A DNA stretch of 62,998 bases, counting the filler, from Circinaria calcarea (lineage: Eukaryota), in the NCBI GenBank assembly GCA_051942165.1. It is 35 parts of 35 records of this genome, joined end to end, with 100 filler letters (N's around TTAATTAATTAA, not from the genome) between each part and the next. Parts side by side here need not be neighbours in the genome. Positions count along the whole stretch, not along the records: positions 50,553 to 52,246 come from JAVECS010004332.1; positions 52,347 to 54,039 come from JAVECS010004333.1; positions 54,140 to 55,832 come from JAVECS010004334.1; positions 55,933 to 57,625 come from JAVECS010004335.1; positions 57,726 to 59,416 come from JAVECS010004336.1; positions 59,517 to 61,207 come from JAVECS010004337.1; positions 61,308 to 62,998 come from JAVECS010004338.1; 28 more parts are not named here. One strand, 5' to 3'. The position numbers and the translations under genes were made by a program. The notes beneath the pieces are model-generated. The model did no database searches. It saw only the letters and a list, made by a program, of their open reading frames with translations, and was not told the DNA's origin. Below, in pieces: positions 50,453 to 62,202 of the stretch (its first letter is position 1; every line of letters begins with the position of its first letter).

Positions 50453-51786
50453 NNNNNNNNNNNNNNNNNNNNNNNNNNNNNNNNNNNNNNNNNNNNTTAA
50501 TTAATTAANNNNNNNNNNNNNNNNNNNNNNNNNNNNNNNNNNNNNNNNNNNNTGTTACGCAGACGCCAAAATCAAACGGGCATCCCAAAACTTGCAAAAA
50601 CTGGGCCAGGCTCATGGCAACGCCGGATACTAACTAATACGGACTTCTATGCATCACCGGACCTACAAAACTGGCGCCACTGATTACGCCCAGGGTGCTG
50701 ATGTCTCCAATTACAAAAGTGGAAGTTCGGGAAGGTACAACTATCGGCTGGAAAAATCGAAATATTTCTACGGTGTACAGTCGCGGACTTTTGGGGAGTC
50801 CCGAGTACTTACTTCCAAGTGCCAAAAATCATTATATACTTTTTACCCACGAAGCGAAGGGGGGTTGTCAGAGACGGCCTGTTCTTGAGTTGGCGACAAG
50901 CTTTATCACGGGCCGCCTCTCAGCATCTGTTTGGAGATCGATGACGAGAGATATGGGTCTAATATGGCCTTCAATAGTGCAGCCGGTGAAACTGGTAATG
51001 CAGCACACCCGTACTGAACCGATAATATAGTACAGATCTCTCTCTCTCTCTGCAGTGCTAGTTGCGTACTAATTTACTAAGTAAAGATTAATAATAGGTG
51101 GGGGTGGGGGGAAGATCTGAAAAATCTAGTATGTAATTTTTTATAACCCTGAAAACTACCATAAAGCCAGACCAGATTAGAATAAGCAGGAATTTCCCAA
51201 CTACATAAATTTCGTGTAACTTTATTAGAAAAACACCATACCATACCTTAAAAAAGGGTCTAGGTCGTTGATAATTAAAAAATATTAAATCTGCAGCGGC
51301 TGTCTTGTATTAAATTCCCCCGGAGCTGTGTAAATCTTAGTATGGTAGACCAAAAGACTCTCTTTCTCTTCTCTTCCTTCCGCGCACCGAAGTTAAGTTC
51401 GGAAGCCACAGGGCTATGGCTATGGGGGGCTAATGGCGAGCGAGGTCTTTATGGACCATAGAAAGAGATGGATTACAATACAACTCCAAAGGTACTGACT
51501 GTGAGGGTGGAATGGAAGTTTTTGGAAGTCTTTCTACGCTACGCTATTTATAGGAAGCCCTTGGCAGTTGCAGCCGGTGCCGGTACCGTGCAGTTTAGAG
51601 CTCTGCACCCGCTGCACTAATTGGGAGGCCCTTGGGTATAAATTTGCAAAATCTCACACTTGTCGGGGGTAAAGAATGAAGTAGTGTGGGATCAAGTAAA
51701 TGGACGATCATGTACATTAGAGCTAAAATACCCCCTTGAGCTGATAATGGAGATTGCCGTCTTTGTTTACAAGAGATTTGATTTCT

Positions 51787-52246
51787 TCACGCTGTAGCTT
51801 TCGAAGCCGCTTTGATCATATCGGCTGCCTTCTCGCCGATCCCATAAACCGCCATCTGCGGGTGTCCACTCATCAATCTCGGGAGAGAACTCGAGTCGGC
51901 GACGCGTAAATTCTCCACATTGCGCACACGCAACTGTGTATCGAGTACGGCCATGGGATCATCGTCTTTTCCCATCTTGCACGTTCCAGCGGGGTGGTAA
52001 CCTGGATGACCAGCATTAGTACGAGGAGAGTGAGACTGGAGATGGAAAAGTTAGCCGGGGCTTAGGGGGCCTTACAGGTGTCTGCCCTCTCCCGGATCAT
52101 ATGCACCCATTCTTCTCGAGTCTTGTAGGTGTGATGGGTAAGATGCGCCGGCCAGGAGCCTTTGATGAGATCCTTGGTGCCATCCCCTTCCATGACAATC
52201 TCATTCCCTAGCCTGCAAGCTTCACTAAAGACGAGGAGATCAAGAG
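51787..52246 (-). CDS. GMC oxidoreductase, C-terminus
   Basis: RERADT|CYHPAGTCKMG...AVLDTQLRVRNVENLRVADSS.LP.LMSGHPQMAVYGIGEKAADMI. Intron 52002-52075. Confidence 0.93.
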
Positions 52247-52368
52247 NNNNNNNNNNNNNNNNNNNNNNNNNNNNNNNNNNNNNNNNNNNNTTAATTAATT
52301 AANNNNNNNNNNNNNNNNNNNNNNNNNNNNNNNNNNNNNNNNNNNNAACTAATTGTGGACTGCGATAG

Positions 52369-53657
52369 TCTGGATGTGGTCCAGCAACCGATCCGAGCCC
52401 GCATGTGTGGATTTGGAGATAAGGTATGTCTGGGTCGAGCCTCGGGGCGGAGATCAGACGGCTGAGACACATCGGCAACGCACAGGACAGACGGCCGATT
52501 ACACCGCCGCCGTGCATCAGACTGATTGTTCGGGATGCAATTACACATAATCTTATCGATATCAAGTGAGTCGGTTCAACCCTCTGGAGTAACCCTTCTG
52601 TTTACCGATTGGATGCAATAACATGATTACTTATATATCGGCACGACAGTGAAATCGATACGTCGTATTACGTCCTCACGGTCGATCTCTGGTCTGCCGA
52701 AGGAAATCGAGAAGTCAATCTCGTCCGTCATTCGGCAACATCCCCCTCCATTTCGGCCGCAACATCGTCCTCGTATCCGCCGCCCCCTCCAACTCCGCCC
52801 TCCTTTCCTTATGGTCCGCCAATGACACAAGTCCATGTAGGCTTGACATCAAATTACGGTGTACCACCTCCAAACCCACCATCCCATCAACCTCAGTACA
52901 ATTATCAACAACCGCCCGACCCGTACCAGCAACAGTCTTCTCATACGTATCAGCAGCAGAACCCGAACCAATATCAGTCGCAAAATTCCCTCCCTCCGCT
53001 GCCTCCTGCGCTACCGGGGCAAACCCAATCATACTACACCACTCCCAGCGGAACTCCTATAACCCCAACACATTACTACCAACCATCAAATAACCCACAA
53101 AACCCAGGTCCTCTGCTTTCCCCTCAGGCGATGATGCCACCTACCATTGACCCTAGATCGGCCCCAAGCGGCATGTTCACCCGAAACCTTATCGGCAGTC
53201 TCTGCGTTAGCGCATTCAAACTCACCGACCCAGATGGAGTAATGGGCGTTTGGTTCATCCTGCAGGATTTGAGCGTCAGAACCGAAGGATCATTTCGGTA
53301 TGTCCACTTCAATATCTTCTCTAGCACAACTTCCCCCCCCCTCGGCCCTACACCATCTGAAACTTCTCCACTTTCCCCCTTACTAACTGGCGTCGCCCTC
53401 TACGCAGTTTAAAGATGAACTTTGTCAATGTCGGCAACCCCATGGCCCCTCAAACACTAAACTCCGGCTCCGCCCCCGTCCTAGCCTCCACATTTTCGAA
53501 TTCTTTCCACGTCTTTAGCGCGAAAAAATTCCCCGGCGTGATTGAGAGTACGGCGTTGAGTAAGTGTTTCGCGACGCAAGGGATCAAGATTCCCATCCGA
53601 AAGGATGGACCGAGAATTGGGGGGAGAGGGGGGGATGGGGAGGATGATGATGGGTAG
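52369..53657 (+). CDS. velB: Velvet-family regulator VelB, 5'-truncated
   Basis: VVQQPIRARMCGFGDK|DRRPITPPPCIRL; velvet domain split by a Q/P-rich insert; GMFTRNLIGSL...WFILQDLSVRTEG; FSAKKFPGVIEST.LSKCFA.QGIKIPIRKD. Introns 52424-52485, 52566-52649 and 53298-53407. Confidence 0.96.
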
Positions 53658-54384
53658 TGTGGAAGTGGAATAGGGGGAAGATTAGAGTGGGGATAAGCGG
53701 ACTAAAGGCGTTTGTGGTGGTTTTTTTCTCTTTCTTTTTCTGGATATTATTCCCCAGGGAAAAACAGAAATTGGGGTTGGTGGGGTGTTCTAGGCGAACT
53801 GAATATGCTTTTCTCGATTGGACAAAAAGAAAGAGGAGTAGAGTGATTTTCCTGAGGAAGGTTATAGGTTTTCTTGTTCTATTAGGTCTTTCGCGAGGGT
53901 TGGATCGGATCGGATCGGATCGGATTAGACCGGGATCACCATCTGTTTCCCTCCCCCCTCAAAAATTCGAGAGGTACCTACCTTGGCAAGGTGTTTCCCC
54001 CCCCTCCCCCTCCCTTTCTTGATTAGGGAAAGGAAAACCNNNNNNNNNNNNNNNNNNNNNNNNNNNNNNNNNNNNNNNNNNNNTTAATTAATTAANNNNN
54101 NNNNNNNNNNNNNNNNNNNNNNNNNNNNNNNNNNNNNNNCCTCCCTTTTCTTCCCCCTCCCTCTTTTCCGGGTTCATAAAAAGGATTCATGCCATCTAGT
54201 CCAATCCATGCACTGCTCTTCCAAAAGCGAAAGCAGAAGAAGGAAGGAGGAAGAAAACATGATATTGGAGCTAAGAATAAAATCAAAAATTCAAAACGGT
54301 AGGTTAGGTATTTGATATTGATATTGGTATTGGACGAAGAATCTCCTTTCTTTCTCTTTTCTCCTTTGTCAATTTTCAATTTTC

Positions 54385-54545
54385 AATTGAATTGAATTGA
54401 ATTGAATTGAATTGAATTGAATTGAATTGAATTGAATTGAATTGAATTGAATTGCCCCTTTCGGCTTTCACTTTTCACTTTTCACTTTTCACTTTTCACT
54501 TTTCACCTTCGAAGAGCCAAAGAGCCAAAGAGCCAAAGAGCCAAA
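54385..54545 (+). repeat. Compound microsatellite: (AATTG)14, (TTTTCA)n, (AAGAGCCA)n
   Basis: Direct reading; lies downstream of the Ama1-like gene. Confidence 0.9.
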
Positions 54546-54812
54546 AGGAAAAAGGAAAAAAGGGAAGAGGAAGCGGGAGGGAAGTGGGAAGGATATGGAG
54601 AATTAGTGGAACGGGGACGGGGACGGGAATTAGTTTTCACTTGACACTAATCAATCAATAATCTAAAATATCCATTGCCTGAACCCGTGCAAAAGGAAGC
54701 CCTCGCCTTATAGTGGAATCCTTATAATTCACAGGCAACCAACCTAACCGTATCTCAATACTTCATGCTAAGAATAAAAGAGAGGGGGGGAAAGAAAAAG
54801 CAAGAGAAATCC

Positions 54813-55832
54813 TCATCGGATAACCTCCTTGCTTTCCTTTTCAATCCCCTCCATTCCCTCCAGGATATCGCTTCCACCCAGCAACCCTGGTTTCCCCAGC
54901 CCCACCGATTTCCTCGCATCGCTCCACACCTCATGGAACTTGACCGATTCGTCCGACGACGCCACGACGATACACCCTTCTTCGGCCGTTCGGGACCACC
55001 ACCGGCCGCCCTCGCCTCGGTGTCGACGGGTTTCGTTGGGTCCGCCGGGGTAAGAAATGGCGTAGAGGGCGCGCATCTCGTCCGCCCATGGAATGGCAAC
55101 AACTTGCCTGCAGTCCGGCCACGAAAAGACGGCGATACGGTACGGATGCTCCGGCTGTGCATAACCGAATGTCGCGGCAATTTCTCGGCGAGTCGTTGAC
55201 CAAATCAAGGAGGTAACTTGCGCCTGGACATTAATGGTGGCAAGGCAGGCTCCGGAAAATGCATGGTAAAAGTGAACAGCTCGGTCGTTGGAACCACCTC
55301 CCGTAGCCAAAAGACCACGCTGCCAAGGGCAGAAAGCTATGGCCTTGACTGCAGCACTGTGACACCATTTATGCTTCTGGCGGCCCTCACCGATCTGTAA
55401 TAACATACCAGATCCAGCAGGGATATAGACGGGTCGTGGCGTACGGATCGCCCGCGGCGATGATGAGCCGAGAACCGGGAATTGCTCTTGTCGCCCAAGT
55501 AGACTTCCCAACGTCTGGTGGGATGTCGCATTAGGTACAAATGTTGGTACCGTACCAAAGTTATTGATCAGGGTCTGAAGTGACCCTCCAGCTGGAATGT
55601 CTGTCGGTGGTGATAGAATATCCCTGACCTCAAAAAGACAGCAAGCATTGTCATTACTGCCCGTAGCAAAGCATTCTCCATCAGGCGACCACGCAAGCCC
55701 GCAGATTTGCTGTGTATGGACTGTTATCTTTGCCATTAAATGCATGGTACCTTGCCATCGATGTTCATCGACTTGATCCTCGTTCATCCATTCGATAGAA
55801 TAGTAGTAGACGACCCCAATTTCATCTCCAAC
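54813..55832 (-). CDS. Cdc20/Fizzy-family APC/C activator (Ama1-like), C-terminal part
   Basis: HTQQICGLAWS, FATGSNDN, HSAAVKAIAFCPWQ.GLLATGGGSNDR, QVTSLIWS and a C-terminal IR tail (..KEVIR*). Confidence 0.88.
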   Translation of the reverse strand, partial: VGDEIGVVYYYSIEWMNEDQVDEHRWQGTMHLMAKITVHTQQICGLAWSPDGECFATGSNDNACCLFEVRDILSPPTDIPAGGSLQTLINNFGTVPTFVPNATSHQTLGSLLGRQEQFPVLGSSSPRAIRTPRPVYIPAGSGMLLQIGEGRQKHKWCHSAAVKAIAFCPWQRGLLATGGGSNDRAVHFYHAFSGACLATINVQAQVTSLIWSTTRREIAATFGYAQPEHPYRIAVFSWPDCRQVVAIPWADEMRALYAISYPGGPNETRRHRGEGGRWWSRTAEEGCIVVASSDESVKFHEVWSDARKSVGLGKPGLLGGSDILEGMEGIEKESKEVIR

Positions 55833-55934
55833 NNNNNNNNNNNNNNNNNNNNNNNNNNNNNNNNNNNNNNNNNNNNTTAATTAATTAANNNNNNNNNNNN
55901 NNNNNNNNNNNNNNNNNNNNNNNNNNNNNNNNAC

Positions 55935-57417
55935 AACCTTTCACGTGCTCTCAAAGGAGCCTTTCCCTTAAAAGCCAACAAATATGATGGAGTGTACTCT
56001 CTACTTATCGATTGGAGAGACGATGATCTTGGTTGCGCATCTGAGATCCGAGATCTAGATGCTCAACTAAAGAACCAGTTCAGGTTCCAAACGGAAAAGT
56101 TCTCTATACCCACTCTAAACTCGGAGCGAATGCTGCAGGATAGGTTGATAGATTTTGAAAGAGCCCACAGAGAGGGTTCCAATCTCCTCATTATATATTA
56201 TGGAGGTCATGGACAGTTCAACTTGCAAGGGAACAGTGTCTGGCGAGCGTAAGTTGTTCAAGAAAGGAGCAGCCAATTCTGCAGTATTCTCGCTGATCGT
56301 TAACCTCATGTATTATAGCAACCTGCGGCAAGATAGTGCAACTGTCAATTGGTATTCCCTTCAGCCAATACTAGAGCGATCGCCCTGTGATATTTTCCTC
56401 ATTTTTGACTGCTGCTATGCAGCTAGTGCTGCTCGAAGCGCCCCAGATGGTACCACCGAGCTTCTTGCTGCTTGTGGAAGAGAGTACGTAACAAGTCCCG
56501 TATGTGATTATAGCTTCACTAGGGTCTTGGTGGAGGAATTATCGTCGTTCGGATCTAATCCTTTCACCGTCGCGCAATTACATACTCGGCTTATCAAGGA
56601 AAGAGCAAAGCTACGAAATACGCCTATTCACGCCTTCATCTCTGATGAAAACCATCCCTCTATTAGAATAGCACCATTTGCATTACCTTTATCAACCGAC
56701 ATCTCTAGCCATATCCCCAACGGTCCTGATAGCGCTGATAGCTCACCGGGAAACGGAGAATTGTCATCTTTAGATGACGGAATATCCCACATAACGGCAC
56801 CTACGACTCCGTCTATGTCTCCATCAACAGAAGAGCCACGCGTGCTACTTGCAGTGTCCTTAGAGCATAATGCGAATCCATCGGATGTTGAATCGTGGGC
56901 CAAATGGCTTACATCGGGAACCCCCCAAGGCATTAAAGACATTAGTGTTGTGAAAATCGAAGCCGCATTCGCCAGTAATTCTACTCTTCTCTTGGTCTCA
57001 CTACCCGTGACCGTTTGGAACCTGCTTCCAGAAACATCCGCATATCGTTTCGTTGACTACATCAGCTCTCCAGACATCTTGATGCGCCTACGCCTCAGGG
57101 AAACAAAAATAGAGATCAACGCTCAAGACCACTTTTCTTATAATGATGGTCCCACTCCGCGAGCTGACAAAACTTTTGGTGGGCCTGTGACATTGGAAAA
57201 CAGGAAAGGCGTCGAAAAACCCAGCACAAAGCAAAAGTATAGCCTCAGGCAAGCTAGTGCCAGAGCGAAAAAGGCTATGGGACAGATTTTCGGCTCTAAA
57301 AGTAAGAAAGAAGTTATAGATGATGACGATGCATCTGATAGCTCTAAGCCATCGGTGGTGGATAGCACCTTCTCTGAAAATGATCTTCTCGCAGATACTC
57401 CACACACCCAAGTCTAG
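55935..57417 (+). CDS. Caspase-fold (clan CD / peptidase C14-like) protein plus an uncharacterised C-terminal domain, 5'-truncated
   Basis: LLIIYYGGHG (His) and IFLIFDCCYA (Cys) with caspase-like spacing, ELLAAC and SFTRVL. Intron 56249-56318 joins the two ORF-track pieces in frame. Confidence 0.75.
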
Positions 57418-57929
57418 CGCCTGGACTGTGACTGCCTTGGCAATCCAAAGGGTTGATTGTTGGACAATCACGCCGAGGACTCCGTCATCCCCACGGTGCA
57501 TCATGCATCATTAGATTGAGCTGAGATCTGTTAAGATTTGGGGGGAGGGGGAGAGGGGAAGAAGAGTAAAAGGATCTTACAGATGGGTATGAGAGACTAA
57601 AAAGAAGATGGAGGGAAAAGCAGGGNNNNNNNNNNNNNNNNNNNNNNNNNNNNNNNNNNNNNNNNNNNNTTAATTAATTAANNNNNNNNNNNNNNNNNNN
57701 NNNNNNNNNNNNNNNNNNNNNNNNNAGAGCTTATGAGACTGCGCTCGAAGCTAGTTGTTGCCGCGGGTCGCACGTGGATCAGATCTGGGAAGGCGCCTCA
57801 TGTAGAAGGCTTACTCTCCATACTCTACTCCATCTTTGCGGTTGGCAATCACTGCTGTCCTCTTCGGTCTCGACTCCAGGCTGAACTGTCTTAATTATTA
57901 TATATTGCGACCGGACTTCTAACGCTGGC

Positions 57930-58432
57930 GGTGGTGTCAACGGTGTGGTGTGGAGCTCACACCGATGGGTTATACTAATTGTGTACTGGTGGTCCCAGGT
58001 ATAATAAATGTTAGCGCGGTGTGGTGGGGTTCGACCAACTCTGGCATACTTAATAAAGGGCTGTATAAATCCTTAGAAAAGAGAGGTGTGGTATGGAGGG
58101 CATCTTCTGTGTATATGCCAGGGTTTCTGTATGAAATCAGACTTGTCGTTGGGGGCTTGGATTATTATTAGAAAGAAGTCACGCTAATACATGCGACAAT
58201 GTTACTAACTGGTGGCTGAAACTAATTTAATAGGTGGGAGATTACTTATCAGCCTTACTAAGCCCTGCTGCCAGATAAGGCTCTGCTATTAGCCACACCG
58301 GTGACACCTAATGAACATAAAGCCCTTTTACACCACACCATGCTTACACTTCATTAACGGTGTGATATGGTAAACCTCACACCGATACTATTAGTGTGCA
58401 CTGATGGTGTCAAAGGTGTGGTATACATGCTA
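57930..58432. repeat. GGTGT/ACACC-motif cluster, probable transposon remnant
   Basis: GGTGTCAA(C/A)GGTGTGGT and CTCACACCGAT each occur twice, with inverted ACACCACACC copies in between. Confidence 0.4.
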
Positions 58433-58695
58433 TCGCCAGCATTGCGTACTCCGTAGCACAGACACTTCTTGAAGCTGCGCGTCTTGCGCTTCGCATTGGT
58501 GATTCAGGTACTAATATACGAGGTAGGGTAGCTCTAAGTATATGAAATTTCCCTTGCGGTAATCGCAAGAATATCTTCTGAAACTTGAATGCGAACCCAA
58601 GAATAATCCCTTGGCGGCTCGCGAGTACCTATAATCACTACATAAGTCAATGGCTCCTTGTTTGCTCTCCTCATTCACGATATACCTTTTCAACC

Positions 58696-59416
58696 ATGGC
58701 CCTGCCTGCGCATCCTACCGCTCCTGCAACCGGCAGCTTTGGTCCAGAACCTCCCGACCTTTACGTCTGTGATGCAGTATACGGAACAAATCTTTTAATA
58801 GCCGATTGTCATCTAGCAATGTACGCTTTCGTAAGGCGATATCCATTAGCCGCATATCATCCTGACAACTTTCCCCTCACTGTTTCTGCCGGTATGTCAC
58901 CGGGGTCAATGTCAACCTCGGCTTTTGGGACTAAGATAAGGATCGAGTTTAGGCAACTGCCACCTCGCCGTGGAGTTAGGAGGACCATCAGCTCCCCCAG
59001 TAATACCGATAAGTTTGGGCGGCAGGAGGTCTGTTGCCCTACTGGCCAATTTCCTCATATCGCGATGCTTGATTATGGCCGGCGGTATTGGCGGATTCGC
59101 TACATGGGGAATGCCAAGATTAACTCAATATGCCATTTGGGACGCAGTGAACTATTTTGATGATCCATTTCGTAGGACCACCATTTCTTATACAAGAGGT
59201 TTCATACTACCACTAATCATGAGAACGTAGCACCATCCACCTATTTCCTTACGGTCACTTTAAGCGGTTCATCCAAACGCTACAAGCCAGGCGATACGGA
59301 TCCCGCAATCCCTTTGGCTCTTTCCAGCTTCCAACGCCTTTGGGTCAGTATTCATCCCTCGGAGAGAAGCAGTTTGGCCTACAGAGGCCACCAACTCAAC
59401 GAAGCAGTATGGAGAA
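58696..59416 (+). CDS. Hypothetical Cys-patterned protein, 2 introns, 3'-truncated
   Basis: Introns 58892-58952 and 59172-59230 give a continuous frame: YVCDAVYGTNLLIADC...FPLTVSA|GNCHLAVE...RCLIMAGGIGGFATWG...|YFLTVT...PGDTDP. Confidence 0.7.
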
Positions 59417-59516
59417 NNNNNNNNNNNNNNNNNNNNNNNNNNNNNNNNNNNNNNNNNNNNTTAATTAATTAANNNNNNNNNNNNNNNNNNNNNNNNNNNN
59501 NNNNNNNNNNNNNNNN

Positions 59517-59903
59517 GAAGATGAGAATTCCTCCAAGTCTCATCGCAAAGCACCTGGCAAATTAAAGCCGGACGGTAGTGAAGACATCGAAGTCGAGGGT
59601 GCAGGAATCGATGACCAGGACGAGGACGAGGACCGTCACCAATGGAGCTGGTTGGGAGCGAAGAGTCCACTTATGGGCGAAACCGAAGAAGCAGAGTGGA
59701 TTGTGGAAAAGCTGTCACTGACTTTGGAAAACGATCTGAAAAAGGAACGTGATAAACAGAGGCGGGCCACCCCCGGTCATAATAACGAAACCGACATCAA
59801 AACTCCCCGACAGACGTCAACCGAAGAGTCGTCGTCTCGTTGCAGTAGCAAGACGCTGCAAGGAGATCGGTCCCATGGGCGGTCAAGGATAAGCCGCTGG
59901 TAG
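59517..59903 (+). CDS. C-terminus of an unidentified low-complexity/charged protein
   Basis: Frame open from the contig edge to TAG at 59903; no recognisable motif. Confidence 0.4.
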   Translation, partial: EDENSSKSHRKAPGKLKPDGSEDIEVEGAGIDDQDEDEDRHQWSWLGAKSPLMGETEEAEWIVEKLSLTLENDLKKERDKQRRATPGHNNETDIKTPRQTSTEESSSRCSSKTLQGDRSHGRSRISRW

Positions 59904-60818
59904 ACGACCTGGTTACTAGATTTCGTATGACATTTGGGGCTTTTAGCAAAATTTTGTTATAGGTTTGTTATGTGCGGGAGCCCGGCACCAATACCTTAAG
60001 CCTGATATGGTAAGGACCAGATGGCAGGCCTACCATAATCCATGCCCTGGTATTGGTCAGAAAAGGTTCATTAATATAACATAGCTCCATTGTGGAAGTA
60101 CAACGGAGCTACGTAAAAGCTATGCCGGGGGCTCTCTCTATGCAGGGTATGAATTGATTGGGGTCAAAGTTATTCCGCGCCTAGGTTCATATTACACTAA
60201 CATAACAAGTTTTGCTAAAAAACCCAATCCATCTTTCTGTCTTGCATCGTCTGCGAATACCTGAGGTAATGTATTTCACTGGCATTGTAATTCTCATGCT
60301 CTGCCGTCTGATTCAAAGCATGACATGGATTTGGACTCGGAGTTTTATCTGGGTCATATGTCCCTGTCTTTTCAGAATACCTAATCTGATTGCCACCTCA
60401 AAGTGTACCAGCAAGGATATCTGCTATTAGTTTCCTCATCGACATAACATGTAAAAATTGATAGCCATGTTAAACCGCTGACCTTAATCATCAAGATCTG
60501 TACCTGCTAGCAAACGCTGCCTCAATTCACTCTCAACGCATCCGCCACTCTATCACGCCATCCCAAGACAGTCATATTCAACAGCACAAATGCATTCACT
60601 CTAATGCCTTGTGATCTCCAATCCAGCAGAATGGCCCTCCTTCACTACGAATGTGCCGCGGTTCTCCTACATCTATTCCGTCTCTCACTACGATGGTCCT
60701 CTCACATCTGTGTACAATTGATATCCTGTACTACTGCCTTATGTGATCAAGCATACTTAGCAGATACCTTCTTACAAATTGGGATTGCCCTTGCCTGAGT
60801 AAGCCCTATCTGGGAACT

Positions 60819-61207
60819 ATGATTCTCCCTCGGGACGGCTCGTCGACGACGAATCTGGTTCCCGTCATCGCCGCCGTTGTTGGTGGTATCGTTGCTGTTG
60901 TAGTTATCGCTACGGTAGTCTACTTCATCAGAAAGGACCGTCGCAGCACCAAAGACCGGGAAGCCCGTAGGGAACTCCGTCGGCAGCAGCGACTTGAAGA
61001 GCAGTACCAACAGCGTGGTTTAGGCGCTACAACATATCGAATCGATGAGGACACCGAGCTCACCCTGACTTCCCCTCTTTCCAAGGAGATCTCCCCGCCT
61101 CTGTTCTCTCCTCCACCACCGATTTTCAATCTCCACTACTCCAGAAACCCCTACATTCCGCCCACGAGTCCCGTCGACGAAGCGACAATCCGTCACCTCG
61201 CCTCCGT
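60819..61207 (+). CDS. Single-pass membrane protein, 3'-truncated
   Basis: TM segment VPVIAAVVGGIVAVVVIATVVYFI, followed by basic RKDRR and a Pro/Ser-rich tail. Confidence 0.6.
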
Positions 61208-62202
61208 NNNNNNNNNNNNNNNNNNNNNNNNNNNNNNNNNNNNNNNNNNNNTTAATTAATTAANNNNNNNNNNNNNNNNNNNNNNNNNNNNNNNNNNNNN
61301 NNNNNNNGGGGGGAACCACTGAGTCAGGAATTCGAACCTACTATCAAGTCGATAAACCTTCGTACAATTGTATTTGCGCGCTAAGATAAATGCTAGTTGA
61401 ACCGTGGTACGGGTAAACAGGGGGTTCTCGGCAGTCTAGCGGGATCCCGCAGACGAAAAAGCCAATGATAGTAGACCAGTCTTAGAGGCGTTACCGTACA
61501 AGGGGCTAAGGTATTCAATGCTTATCAACTACCTGACACTTTTCTACTGATCACGCTTACACCATCGTGCCGCAGGTATGTAGAAGGGAGAGCAAGGCAT
61601 GATGTCCGCAGTAGGTCACTGCATGTACAATGTGCTGGCCCTCACATGCTTTCTATAAAAGCCGTGCAGGAGAACCTGCAATCGATCGCCGGTCCGTTAC
61701 TCACAATGCTTTCCGCCCTGCTACGAGTCATGCTGTGCAGTCTGAGGATTTGGATCGCGCTTGGGGCGATCAATTAATTAAACCATATGGAGCAATGTGT
61801 AGCGATTGTGGTGTTCATATCGCTCTATCCTAAGTCGTCCCAGCCGCGATCTTCTGCAGTTACGAGAATGGAGCCGCTGATACTTGGTCTACCCTGGTGA
61901 GTTTGACACGTCGATGTTCCCCGATGAAAGGCGGCTCGCTATGGTGCCCAATATCAACTTCCGAGTCTACGCTACTGGCGTGGGGGCTTCACGCAGTTCG
62001 TTCTGTTCCCCCGATAACGGAGGAGAATCATGCAATTCAACCTCTACTCGATGTTCACGAACGATGGGTTGCTGTCCAGGACAGATGTTGGTTTCTCAGG
62101 ACAGCTCTATCGGTAAAAAACCGTCATATATGCCATCGTTAACGCACGGCCTAAGAAACAGGGCACACGAGGACAATGCAGCACCTTGACATACGTGCAG
62201 CT

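Noticed and set aside
50649..50888. 79-aa ORF preceded by TACTAAC
   Set aside because: No canonical AG acceptor follows the branch site and no motif was recognised, so it cannot be supported as an exon.
16321..57417. NLR plus caspase-like protease as a linked immune system
   Set aside because: They lie on separate contigs, so co-occurrence in this window is uninformative.
61320..61345. GGTTCGAATTCC B-box/T-loop-like motif on the minus strand (similar motif near 46472)
   Set aside because: No cloverleaf, acceptor stem or A-box could be built, so it is not called as a tRNA or SINE.
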